From Angustibacter sp. Root456 (GTDB lineage Bacteria; Actinomycetota; Actinomycetes; Actinomycetales; Angustibacteraceae), in assembly GCF_001426435.1 (NCBI RefSeq), contig NZ_LMER01000020.1, forward strand, positions 729,677-753,676: 24,000 nt of DNA, given 5' to 3'. Of the stretch, positions 1-7,157 are shown piece by piece; position 1 is the first letter of the stretch; every line of letters begins with the position of its first letter. The position numbers and the translations under genes were made by a program. Under the pieces are notes generated by a model, which was given only the letters and a program-made list of their open reading frames with translations, did no database searches and was not told the DNA's origin.

Positions 1-7
1 CGGCCGC

Positions 8-199
8 TCAGCGGCCGGAGGCCCACTGCTGGTAGTCGTCGTCCTCGTCGTCGGACGGCGCGGTGGCGTCGTCCGGCTCGGTGTACGACGAGCTCCCGTG
101 GAGCTCTCGCTGGAGGGCAGTCAGGTCCGTGTTGGGACTGAAGTACTTCAGCTCCCGGGCGACCTTGGTCTGCTTGGCCTTGGCTCGGCCGCGACCCAT
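8..199 (-). CDS. DUF3073-family small conserved actinobacterial protein (63 aa)
   Basis: The protein MGRGRAKAKQTKVARELKYF... with an acidic DDEDDDY tail is typical of DUF3073. A GAGGGGG Shine-Dalgarno-like run lies 8 nt upstream of the ATG at 199. Confidence 0.85.
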   Translation of the reverse strand: MGRGRAKAKQTKVARELKYFSPNTDLTALQRELHGSSSYTEPDDATAPSDDEDDDYQQWASGR

Positions 200-344
200 G
201 GCGTCGACCCCCTCATGCGTAGACCGGGGCGGCGAGCTGCGGCCCCGGGTTCAGTGGTCTCGTCGTAGACACAACGGTACATCGTCCGGACCTGTTCCGA
301 CGACTCAGTCGGCCCCGCGCCCGCCTCGTTGACCCGATCGGCTC

Positions 345-1493
345 TCAGGCCCGGTGCGAGCCCGCCCGCCCGGAGCCTCGGCCGCCGCGTGTCGGCAGCC
401 ACAGCCGCTCGGACGGCGCCACCGCGGCGATGCGGCGCTCGGCCAGCCGGTCGGCCGCCACCGACGGTGAGACGCCCTCGGCGTCGGCCTCAGCGAGCAC
501 GGACGCCGTGGCGTCGAAGATCTTCAGCGTGCGCTCGCGCGCCCGCTCGAAGTCGAAGCCGTGCAGCTCGTCGGCCACCTGGATCACGCCACCGGAGTTC
601 ACCAGGTAGTCGGGGGCGTAGGTGATGCCGCGCTCGCGCAGCTGGTCGGCCACCTGCGGCTCGGCGAGCTGGTTGTTGGCCGCTCCGCAGACGATCTCGG
701 CCTTGAGGGTGGCGACGACGTCCGGGGTCAGGGCGCCGCCGAGCGCGCACGGCGCGTAGACGTCGAGGTCGCTGCCCACGAGCTCGTCGGTGGAGCCCAC
801 GACGCGCACGCCGGGGTGCTCGTCGCGCACGCGGGTGAGCGCCTGCTCCGACACGTCGGTGACGACCGCCTCCGCGCCGTCCTCGGCCAGCAGCCCGACG
901 AGCAGGTGCCCGACCTTGCCGACGCCCGCGATGCCGACGCGGCGCCCGGCCAGCGAGTCGCTGCCCCACCGGTGCGCGGCGGCCGCGCGCATGCCCTGGA
1001 ACACACCGAGCGCCGTCAGCACCGAGGAGTCACCGGCCCCGCCGTTGGCCTCGCTGCGTCCGGTGACGAAGTCGGACTCCTCGGCGACGACGTCCATGTC
1101 GGCCACGTAGGTGCCGACGTCGCAGGCGGTGACGTAACGGCCGCCGAGGCTCTGGACGAAGCGGCCGTAGGCGCGCAGCAGCTCAGGGGTCTTGTCACGC
1201 GCGGGGTCGCCGATGATCACCGCCTTGCCGCCGCCGTGCTCGAGGCCGGCCACGGCGTTCTTGTACGTCATGCCGCGCGAGAGGTGCAGTGCGTCGGCGA
1301 GCGCTTCGGCGGTGCTGGCGTACGGGTAGAAGCGGGTGCCGCCGAGGCCGGGGCCGAGGGCGGTGCTGTGCAGCGCGATGATCGCGCGCAGCCCGCTGGC
1401 GGGGTCGTGGCAGAAGACCACCTGCTCGTGGTCGCCCGCGAACGCGTCGCTGCCGTCCTCGGTGGCCCAGTGGGGCGCGGTCGTGCTGGTCAC
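345..1493 (-). CDS. vdh: Glu/Leu/Phe/Val dehydrogenase family, likely valine/leucine dehydrogenase (382 aa)
   Basis: Family motifs are present: [31 protein letters not shown] and the Rossmann motif [13 protein letters not shown] chose the GTG at 1493 because GAGGAG lies 8 nt upstream. The longer track ORF reaching 1907 is a non-homologous Arg/Pro-rich extension. Confidence 0.85.
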   Translation of the reverse strand: MTSTTAPHWATEDGSDAFAGDHEQVVFCHDPASGLRAIIALHSTALGPGLGGTRFYPYASTAEALADALHLSRGMTYKNAVAGLEHGGGKAVIIGDPARDKTPELLRAYGRFVQSLGGRYVTACDVGTYVADMDVVAEESDFVTGRSEANGGAGDSSVLTALGVFQGMRAAAAHRWGSDSLAGRRVGIAGVGKVGHLLVGLLAEDGAEAVVTDVSEQALTRVRDEHPGVRVVGSTDELVGSDLDVYAPCALGGALTPDVVATLKAEIVCGAANNQLAEPQVADQLRERGITYAPDYLVNSGGVIQVADELHGFDFERARERTLKIFDATASVLAEADAEGVSPSVAADRLAERRIAAVAPSERLWLPTRGGRGSGRAGSHRA

Positions 1494-1634
1494 GGTCGTG
1501 ACTCCTCGGGTGTTGGCCGGCCCTCGTGAGGCAGGCGCCGCCGTCCGGGGACGTCGTCGGCCCCGGTGGGGCAAGCCTAGGGCCGCCGGGTCGGCAGGCG
1601 GGCTGTCGAGGTGCCACTCTGGGGTGTGCCCACC

Positions 1635-2459
1635 GTGACGCGCCGCCCGCCCTACCAGGCTCACCTGCGCGTCTTCGAACCCGTCGCGCACCTCGCTCCC
1701 GCTGACCGCGAGCGGTGGAACGCCTACGCCCGCAGGGCGCCCTCGCGGCACGAGGTCGAGCGCACGCTGTACGCCGACACCGTGCGCCGCCTCGCCGGAC
1801 GCCCCCCGGTGCCCGTGCCGGCGGCTGAGAGCACCGACGCCCTGCTGCTCGACGAGGACGGCGAGCTGTTCGTCTCCCCGGTGCAGCCGCGGCTGCAGGT
1901 CTGGCACCGGTTGGGTGCTGCCGACCTGGAGGGCGACGTGCTGCCGGGCGACGCCGTCCCGGAGGTGGTGCGCGAGCAGGCGGCAGCCGACCTCGCGCGG
2001 CTCGCCGTCGACGGTGGGGAGGTGCGGCTGTTCTCCCGCACCGCCGCCTGGCAGGTGCCGCTGCCGTGGTTCGTGCTCTTCTCAGGGTCCGAGCGCGACC
2101 TCAGCGTCGCGTCCCCGCGCCGCCTCACGTACCGGACGTCGATGAGCCAGGCCCGGCGGCGCGTGGCCATCGGCCTGCGTACGGCTCGCGCCGCCCTGGG
2201 TGACGCGGGGTTGGCCTCCGACATCGAGGTGCTGGGCCGGTGGCTGGAGGAGTTCGACCACCGCAGCCGCGTCGAGCTCGACTACGCCGGCCTGGCCGAT
2301 CTGCTCGACGACGCGCACCTGGCTGGTGACGACTCAGCCTCCGACGTCGAGCAGGGGCTGGCGGCGCTGGCGGAGGAGGACGTCGTCTCGGCGGCGGCGG
2401 CGTACCGGCGCTGGACCCGGCGCTGGCAGCGGGTGGCCCGGCTCGCGACCGCCTCCTAG
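1635..2459 (+). CDS. conserved hypothetical protein of the bldC neighbourhood (about 274 aa)
   Basis: Long ORF with strong GC3 bias and no recognisable catalytic motif. The start is uncertain: GTG at 1635 gives [16 protein letters not shown], and GTG at 1611 is the alternative. Confidence 0.6.
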   Translation: MTRRPPYQAHLRVFEPVAHLAPADRERWNAYARRAPSRHEVERTLYADTVRRLAGRPPVPVPAAESTDALLLDEDGELFVSPVQPRLQVWHRLGAADLEGDVLPGDAVPEVVREQAAADLARLAVDGGEVRLFSRTAAWQVPLPWFVLFSGSERDLSVASPRRLTYRTSMSQARRRVAIGLRTARAALGDAGLASDIEVLGRWLEEFDHRSRVELDYAGLADLLDDAHLAGDDSASDVEQGLAALAEEDVVSAAAAYRRWTRRWQRVARLATAS

Positions 2460-2461
2460 GG

Positions 2462-2499
2462 GCTAGTTATTGACCATTTCTTTACCAAGAAATGACTAG
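2462..2499 (+). terminator. AT-rich hairpin directly after the stop of the upstream ORF
   Basis: CATTTCTT / AAGAAATG form an 8-bp stem with loop TACC. The stem is flanked by CTAGT / ACTAG and begins 3 nt after the TAG at 2457-2459. Confidence 0.35.
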
Positions 2500-2612
2500 T
2501 TCAGGGGGAAGTTCCATAATGATCCCTCCCGAACGTTCCATCCGTGCCCGAAAAGGGGCATCCTTGACACTGCAACCGCGTCATCCGACGCGATATCGCT
2601 AAGGAGTTTGCG

Positions 2613-2813
2613 ATGGCAACCAAGAGCCACGACGCCCAGTCGCTGCTGACCCCGGCTGAGGTCGCCGCGCTCTTCCGCGTCGACCCCAAGACGGTCACCC
2701 GCTGGGCCAAGGCCGGCAAGCTGACCTCGATCCGCACCCTGGGGGGCCACCGCCGCTACCCCGAGGACGAGGTGCGTCAGCTGCTCGCCGGCATCCCGCA
2801 GCAGCGCAGCTGA
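2613..2813 (+). CDS. bldC: BldC, small MerR-like developmental DNA-binding protein (66 aa)
   Basis: Near-identical to the BldC signature LLTPAEVAALFRVDPKTVTRWAKAGKLTSIRTLGGHRRY...LLAGIPQQRS. AAGGAG lies at 2601-2606, 6 nt before the ATG. Confidence 0.95.
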   Translation: MATKSHDAQSLLTPAEVAALFRVDPKTVTRWAKAGKLTSIRTLGGHRRYPEDEVRQLLAGIPQQRS

Positions 2814-2860
2814 CCGCAGCTGACCGCAGCTGACCGCAGCTGAGCACAGCTGAGCACAGC
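2811..2860. repeat. 10-bp tandem repeat: TGACCGCAGC x3 then TGAGCACAGC x2
   Basis: Read directly from the sequence. The first unit contains the bldC TGA stop. The array produces CAGCTG at 2807, 2817, 2827, 2837 and 2847. Confidence 0.9.
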
Positions 2861-2873
2861 CCAGACCGCACCC

Positions 2874-2944
2874 GGTGGTCCGGCGTGCATGATCACGGGC
2901 GGGTGGCGTACCCCCTCCGTCGTGATCATGCAGGCCGGGCCGCC
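2874..2944. repeat. long imperfect inverted repeat/hairpin with an 11-bp perfect core, TGCATGATCAC ... GTGATCATGCA
   Basis: The core arms are 2886-2896 and 2922-2932. The outer arms GGTGGTCCGGC / GCCGGGCCGCC also pair (with G-U pairs). It lies between bldC and the pirin gene. Confidence 0.75.
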
Positions 2945-2967
2945 TGCTGTCGGGTGGGGGTGACCGC

Positions 2968-3945
2968 GTGAGCAACCGCGAGGCGCAGCGCTTCGAGACC
3001 GTCTGCGTATCGGAAACCTCCGACGGTCCGGTGCACGAGCTCGTCGAGGGACGCGACGTGCCCATCAGCAAGACCAACCTGGTCAACCGGACGCTGCCGC
3101 ACCGTGACCGGCGCATGGTCGGCGCCTGGTGCTTCGTCGACACCTACGGCCCGGACGCCGTCATCACCATGCCCGGCATGCGCGTGCCTGCGCACCCCCA
3201 CATCGGGCTGCAGACCGTCAGCTGGTTGCTCGAGGGGACGATCGAGCACCGCGACAGCCTCGGTAGCCACCAGATGGTGCAGCCGGGCGAGCTCAACCTG
3301 ATGACCGCCGGCCACGGCATCGCCCACTCCGAGGAGTCGCCGCAGGAGCGGCCGCCCCGGCTGCACGGTGCCCAGCTGTGGGTGGCGCTGCCCGAGCACG
3401 CACGGCACGTCGAGCCGCGCTTCGAGCACGTCGTCGACCTGCCGCGGCTGCGGCTCGGCGACGTCACGGTCACCGTGATCGTGGGGGAGCTCGCCGGTGA
3501 GGCCAGCCCCGCGCGGGTGCACTCGCCGCTGGTGGGCGCCGACCTCGACGTCGCGGGCCCGGCGCAGGTGCCGCTGCAGGTGGACTTCGAGCACGCCGTC
3601 GTCGTGACCAGCGGCCAGGTCGAGGTCGACGGCGAGCTGCTGCGCCCGGGTCGGCTGCTCTACCTCGGGACGGGTCGCGACCGCCTCCACGTGACTTCGG
3701 CGTCCGGCGGCCGGTGCCTGCTGCTCGGGGGCGAGCCGTTCGACGAGGAGATCCTCATGTGGTGGAACTTCGTCGGGCGCACGCACGAGGAGATCGTCGA
3801 GGCCCGTGAGCGCTGGATGGGCGAGCTCGCGGGCGGCTTCGCCGGCGAGCAGGTGCGCTTCGGGGCAGTGCCGGGCTTCACCGGCGCGCCCCTGGCCGCA
3901 CCTGCGCTGCCGACGTCCCGCCTGCGTCCCCGCGGGCGCCGCTGA
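2968..3945 (+). CDS. pirin family protein (325 aa)
   Basis: Cupin/pirin motifs are present: HPHIGLQTVSWLLEGTIEHRDSLG and NLMTAGHGIAHSE. GTG start at 2968. Confidence 0.9.
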   Translation: MSNREAQRFETVCVSETSDGPVHELVEGRDVPISKTNLVNRTLPHRDRRMVGAWCFVDTYGPDAVITMPGMRVPAHPHIGLQTVSWLLEGTIEHRDSLGSHQMVQPGELNLMTAGHGIAHSEESPQERPPRLHGAQLWVALPEHARHVEPRFEHVVDLPRLRLGDVTVTVIVGELAGEASPARVHSPLVGADLDVAGPAQVPLQVDFEHAVVVTSGQVEVDGELLRPGRLLYLGTGRDRLHVTSASGGRCLLLGGEPFDEEILMWWNFVGRTHEEIVEARERWMGELAGGFAGEQVRFGAVPGFTGAPLAAPALPTSRLRPRGRR

Positions 3946-3976
3946 GGCCTGCGCGGGGAACGTCAGACGCTCTGGC

Positions 3977-4147
3977 TCAGTTGCCTTCCGGCGGGAAGTC
4001 CTTCGGGTCGCCTTCGCCGCCACCTTGCGGGTCGCGGTTGCCCAGCGCGGTCTCGGCCGGCATCTCCTCGATGCGGTCCTTCGCCTTCTGCTCGAGGTCC
4101 TCGGTGTTGTTCTGAGAACCCGTGCTGTCGTTCGGCTGCTCGCTCAT
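3977..4147 (-). CDS. small acidic hydrophilic protein (56 aa), function unknown
   Basis: The ATG at 4147 is preceded by AGGAGG (ccaggaggcacgATG). Codons have high GC3. The sequence MSEQPNDSTGSQNNTEDLEQKAKDRIEEMPAE... has no hydrophobic segment. Confidence 0.6.
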   Translation of the reverse strand: MSEQPNDSTGSQNNTEDLEQKAKDRIEEMPAETALGNRDPQGGGEGDPKDFPPEGN

Positions 4148-4235
4148 CGTGCCTCCTGGGACGGGGCTCGTGACGCTACGCCGCCGAGGGGCAGGGCGCA
4201 GGTCGGCGCCGCCGTCGCGAGGCGGGTGCGGCACG

Positions 4236-4877
4236 ATGGCGGTCGTGTCGTTGCTGCTCGCCCTCGACCTCGCGGGCGTCTTCGCCTTCGCGCTGAACGG
4301 CGCGTTCACGGCGGTGCGCCAGGCGCGGCTCGACATCGTCGGTGTGCTGGCCCTCGGCGTCATCACGGCGATCGGCGGCGGCATCGTGCGCGACGTCCTC
4401 ATCGACGCGCTGCCCCCGGCCACGTTCGTCGACTGGCGCTACCTCGCGGTGGCGGCGGCGGGAGCGCTCATCGCGTTCTTCCTCACCCGACCGCTGGAGC
4501 GGCTCGTCGTCCCGATGATCGTGCTGGACGCCGCGGGGCTGAGCCTGTTCTGCGTCACCGGCGCCAGCAAGGCGCTGGCCTTCGGGCTCGGGGCCGCGCA
4601 GGCCGTGATCCTGGGCGCAGTCACGGCGGTGGGTGGCGGCACGATCCGCGACGTGCTGATCGGGCGCGTGCCCTCGGTGCTGAGCAGCGGCCTGTACGCC
4701 GTCCCCGCGCTTCTGGGCGCCACGGTCACCGTCGTCGCGGTGCGGCTGCACGGCTACGGGATCGTGGCGGCGCTGCTGGCGGCCGGGCTCTGCTTCGGCG
4801 TCCGGATGATCGGCGTGCGGTTCAACCTCAACGCCCCGGCCGCCCGCGTCGGGCGCCACGAGGCCGGCGCGCCCTGA
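4236..4877 (+). CDS. TRIC / UPF0126 (YadS-type) family membrane channel protein (213 aa)
   Basis: There are two internal repeats, each containing the glycine motif (AIGGGIVRDVL and AVGGGTIRDVL), within a multi-TM protein. ATG at 4236. Confidence 0.85.
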   Translation: MAVVSLLLALDLAGVFAFALNGAFTAVRQARLDIVGVLALGVITAIGGGIVRDVLIDALPPATFVDWRYLAVAAAGALIAFFLTRPLERLVVPMIVLDAAGLSLFCVTGASKALAFGLGAAQAVILGAVTAVGGGTIRDVLIGRVPSVLSSGLYAVPALLGATVTVVAVRLHGYGIVAALLAAGLCFGVRMIGVRFNLNAPAARVGRHEAGAP

Positions 4878-4951
4878 GCGGTTCCGACGACAGCGTGGTG
4901 CCTGCGCATCACCCGCGATGCTCAGCCACCACGATGCGGCCGGACGCCGGC

Positions 4952-4981
4952 GGGCCCCCACCGCTCGAGCGGTGGGGGCCC
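4952..4981. terminator. 30-bp perfect GC-rich palindrome, a likely bidirectional terminator between convergent genes
   Basis: GGGCCCCCACCGCTC / GAGCGGTGGGGGCCC read directly from the sequence. It lies between the stops at 4877 (+) and 5005 (-). Confidence 0.6.
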
Positions 4982-5004
4982 TGTCTCGGTTCCGCGTCAA
5001 CCGG

Positions 5005-5592
5005 TTACGGTTCGACGGTGACCGGGACTCGCGAACCGAGTCCGAGGATCTCCTCGTCCGGGGTCACCCGTCCGCGGTGGATGAACCCGAGCAGCGCGAG
5101 CACCGCGAAGAGTCCGGCGCCCACGAAGGCCGCGATCGCCGCGATCAGGGCGATCTGGCCCATCTTCCAGAAGGCGTAGGCGTTGAGCAGCAGGCCACGC
5201 AGGGTCTCGCCCTTGAAGGTGGTCTCGACCATGGCAGCCGCCTTGGCGTCGTCCGGGTTCGCCCGAGCGATGGTGCTCAGCTGCGCGTAGGTCTTGCCGC
5301 CGGTCATCTCCTCGATGTGGACGGCGATGTAGTGGTCGGCGTAGGCCCGGGCCTGGGCGCCGTCGGTGAGCTGCTGGCCGGCGTACTGGGTGAGGTACGG
5401 GCCGATCTTCGGGTCCTTCAGACCCTCGTCGCCCGCCTTGGGGAAGAAGATCTTCTGAGCCGACAGCTGGCTGTGCACCTGGTCGTTCACGAAGGTGTGG
5501 GCCCAGGTGAGCAGACCGCCCGCCACGAGCAGCACCGCCGCGAGGGCGACTCCTGCCCAGCTCATCACGGTGTCGAAGCTCTTGCGTCGCAT
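5005..5592 (-). CDS. conserved membrane protein with N- and C-terminal TM helices (195 aa)
   Basis: Starts MRRKSFDTVMSWAGVALAAVLLVAGGLL. A second TM helix, IALIAAIAAFVGAGLFAVLALLGFI, lies near the C-terminus. High GC3. Confidence 0.75.
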   Translation of the reverse strand: MRRKSFDTVMSWAGVALAAVLLVAGGLLTWAHTFVNDQVHSQLSAQKIFFPKAGDEGLKDPKIGPYLTQYAGQQLTDGAQARAYADHYIAVHIEEMTGGKTYAQLSTIARANPDDAKAAAMVETTFKGETLRGLLLNAYAFWKMGQIALIAAIAAFVGAGLFAVLALLGFIHRGRVTPDEEILGLGSRVPVTVEP

Positions 5593-5726
5593 GGTCTTGC
5601 CTCTCTTGTGTGGTCGGCCGTGCCGACCTGACCGTCGAACCTCTTGCACCCCCAGGGTCGACCTCAGACCCGTTGCGGCGCAGGGCTGCAAGTCCCGTCT
5701 TCGGCGCTGAACGTCCCACTCGCCGG

Positions 5727-5740
5727 GGGACGTACGTCCC
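5727..5740. promoter_or_regulatory. candidate DosR/DevR-type operator GGGACGTACGTCCC
   Basis: A perfect 14-bp palindrome with the GGGAC-N4-GTCCC architecture of the mycobacterial DosR box core. It sits in the divergent intergenic region, 165 bp upstream of the RafH-like ATG. Confidence 0.35.
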
Positions 5741-5904
5741 GGGGCTCGGGCTGCGACGACGTCCTAGACCCCGGCCGCACCGGGCTTCTTGGGAGCGGAA
5801 GACCTCTTCGTCAGAGCTGACCCGACCGCGGTGGGACGAAGTGCTCTGCGACCCCGACGGCGTGCGGCCTAGCGTGAAGCTGCCCTCGAAAGGGGAGGTG
5901 GAGC

Positions 5905-6654
5905 ATGACGACCGTCGACACGTCCCGTGGTCCGCAGGTCCGGCCGCAGGTGCAGGTGACCAGCCGGGGCGAGGTGCCTCACCGTCAGGAGGAGTACGCC
6001 GCCCACAAGCTCGCGGAGGTCGTCCGGTACACGCGCCAGCCGGTGCGGTCGGTGCAGGTGGTGCTGGAGATCTCGGCTGACCCGGCCCGGGTGCGTCCGT
6101 CGACGGCCGAGGCCACGCTCGACGTCGACGGCACGCCGGTGCGGGCGCACGTGGCCGCCGATCGGCTGCACGAGGCGGTCGACCTGCTCGAGGCCCGGCT
6201 GCGCCGTCAGCTGGTGCAGCTGCAGGACCGCACCCGCACGCGCCATCGGTGGACGCGCGTGGTCGACGAGCACGAGTGGCGTCACGGCGCCGAGCCGACG
6301 CCGCGCGAGGCCTACTTCCCGAGACCGGTCGAAGAACGAGAAGTGCTGCGGCGCAAGTCATTCGCGCTCGGCCGCCAGACGCTCGACGAGGCGGCCTTCG
6401 ACCTGGAGCTGCTGGGTCACGAGTTCTACCTGTTCGTCGACGCCGCCACGGGTGACGAGGCGGTCGTGCACCGAGTGGCGCCGGGGCAGTACGTGCGGAT
6501 CGGGCCGCCGGCGGTGCTCAGTGAGGAGCAGGCCAAGGAACGGCTCGACGTCGGCGGGGAGGCGTTCGTCTTCTTCCGCGAGTCGGCCTGGCGGCCGGCC
6601 CAGGTGCTGTACCGCAGGTACGACGGCCACTACGGCCTCATCACCGCCACCTGA
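5905..6654 (+). CDS. ribosome hibernation promoting factor family, Rv0079/RafH-like dual-domain form (249 aa)
   Basis: The N-terminus is S30AE/HPF-like. The C-terminus carries LELLGHEFYLFVD and ends YRRYDGHYGLI, which is characteristic of the long-HPF C-terminal domain. GGGGAGG lies upstream of the ATG at 5905. Confidence 0.85.
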   Translation: MTTVDTSRGPQVRPQVQVTSRGEVPHRQEEYAAHKLAEVVRYTRQPVRSVQVVLEISADPARVRPSTAEATLDVDGTPVRAHVAADRLHEAVDLLEARLRRQLVQLQDRTRTRHRWTRVVDEHEWRHGAEPTPREAYFPRPVEEREVLRRKSFALGRQTLDEAAFDLELLGHEFYLFVDAATGDEAVVHRVAPGQYVRIGPPAVLSEEQAKERLDVGGEAFVFFRESAWRPAQVLYRRYDGHYGLITAT

Positions 6655-6666
6655 TTCCCCGCCGCA

Positions 6667-6689
6667 CCCCACCCCGAGCTCGGGAGGGG
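6667..6689. terminator. GC-rich palindrome (core CCCGAGCTCGGG) between convergent genes
   Basis: The 12-bp perfect palindrome at 6673-6684 has C-run and G-run flanks. It lies between the stops at 6654 (+) and 6707 (-). Confidence 0.35.
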
Positions 6690-6706
6690 AGGTGCAGGGG
6701 AGGGGA

Positions 6707-7015
6707 TCAGTCGCGCGGACGGCGGCGCCGGGCGGACGACGTCGCCGCGCTCGATCGGCCGGCGCCGGAGAACGCGATCGAGACCCCGAGCATGAAGCCG
6801 AAGTCGTACCAGTTCCCGTCGTTGCGGACCTCGTAGATGCTCACCGAGTCCTTGAACAGCGAGATGATGAACGTGATCGGGCTGATGAGCCCATGCCACA
6901 GGCCGAGCCAGAAGCCGGCGTCCGCCGTGTGGTTCGCCGCGGTGTTGGTGCCTGCGGCGCACGCGCCCAGCGCCAGCAGCACCAGCGCGACGACGACGAC
7001 ATGCGTCCGGCGCAT
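6707..7015 (-). CDS. small putative lipoprotein/membrane protein (102 aa)
   Basis: Starts MRRTHVVVVALVLLALGAC, a signal peptide with a lipobox-like LGAC. A second hydrophobic segment is present. GGGAGGGG lies upstream of the ATG at 7015. Confidence 0.7.
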   Translation of the reverse strand: MRRTHVVVVALVLLALGACAAGTNTAANHTADAGFWLGLWHGLISPITFIISLFKDSVSIYEVRNDGNWYDFGFMLGVSIAFSGAGRSSAATSSARRRRPRD

Positions 7016-7105
7016 GATGACCACCCCTCCCGTGAGGGGTTCAGTGCAGCAGGTGCTGGGCCTGCGGGGGCAGGGCCGAAGGTCCGTGGACGCTCGGCGC
7101 GGCCA

Positions 7106-7157
7106 TTGGGACTCCGCAACGGGGCTCCGCAATGGGACTGCGCGATGGGACTCCGCG
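7106..7157. repeat. 13-bp tandem repeat x4 (TGGGACTCCGCAA / CGGGGCTCCGCAA / TGGGACTGCGCGA / TGGGACTCCGCGA)
   Basis: Read directly from the sequence. A fifth degenerate unit runs into the CCA end of tRNA-Phe. Confidence 0.85.

Noticed and set aside
345-1907. The full 520-aa version of the dehydrogenase ORF
   Set aside because: The first 138 residues are non-homologous Arg/Pro-rich sequence overlapping the divergent gene. Homology starts right after a GTG with a GAGGAG Shine-Dalgarno sequence at 1493.
2811-2860. The possibility that the short tandem arrays (here and at 7106, 9011, 12330 and 15173) are CRISPR arrays
   Set aside because: The units are 9-19 bp, directly adjacent with no spacers, and present in only 3-5 copies. 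No cas genes are in the window.
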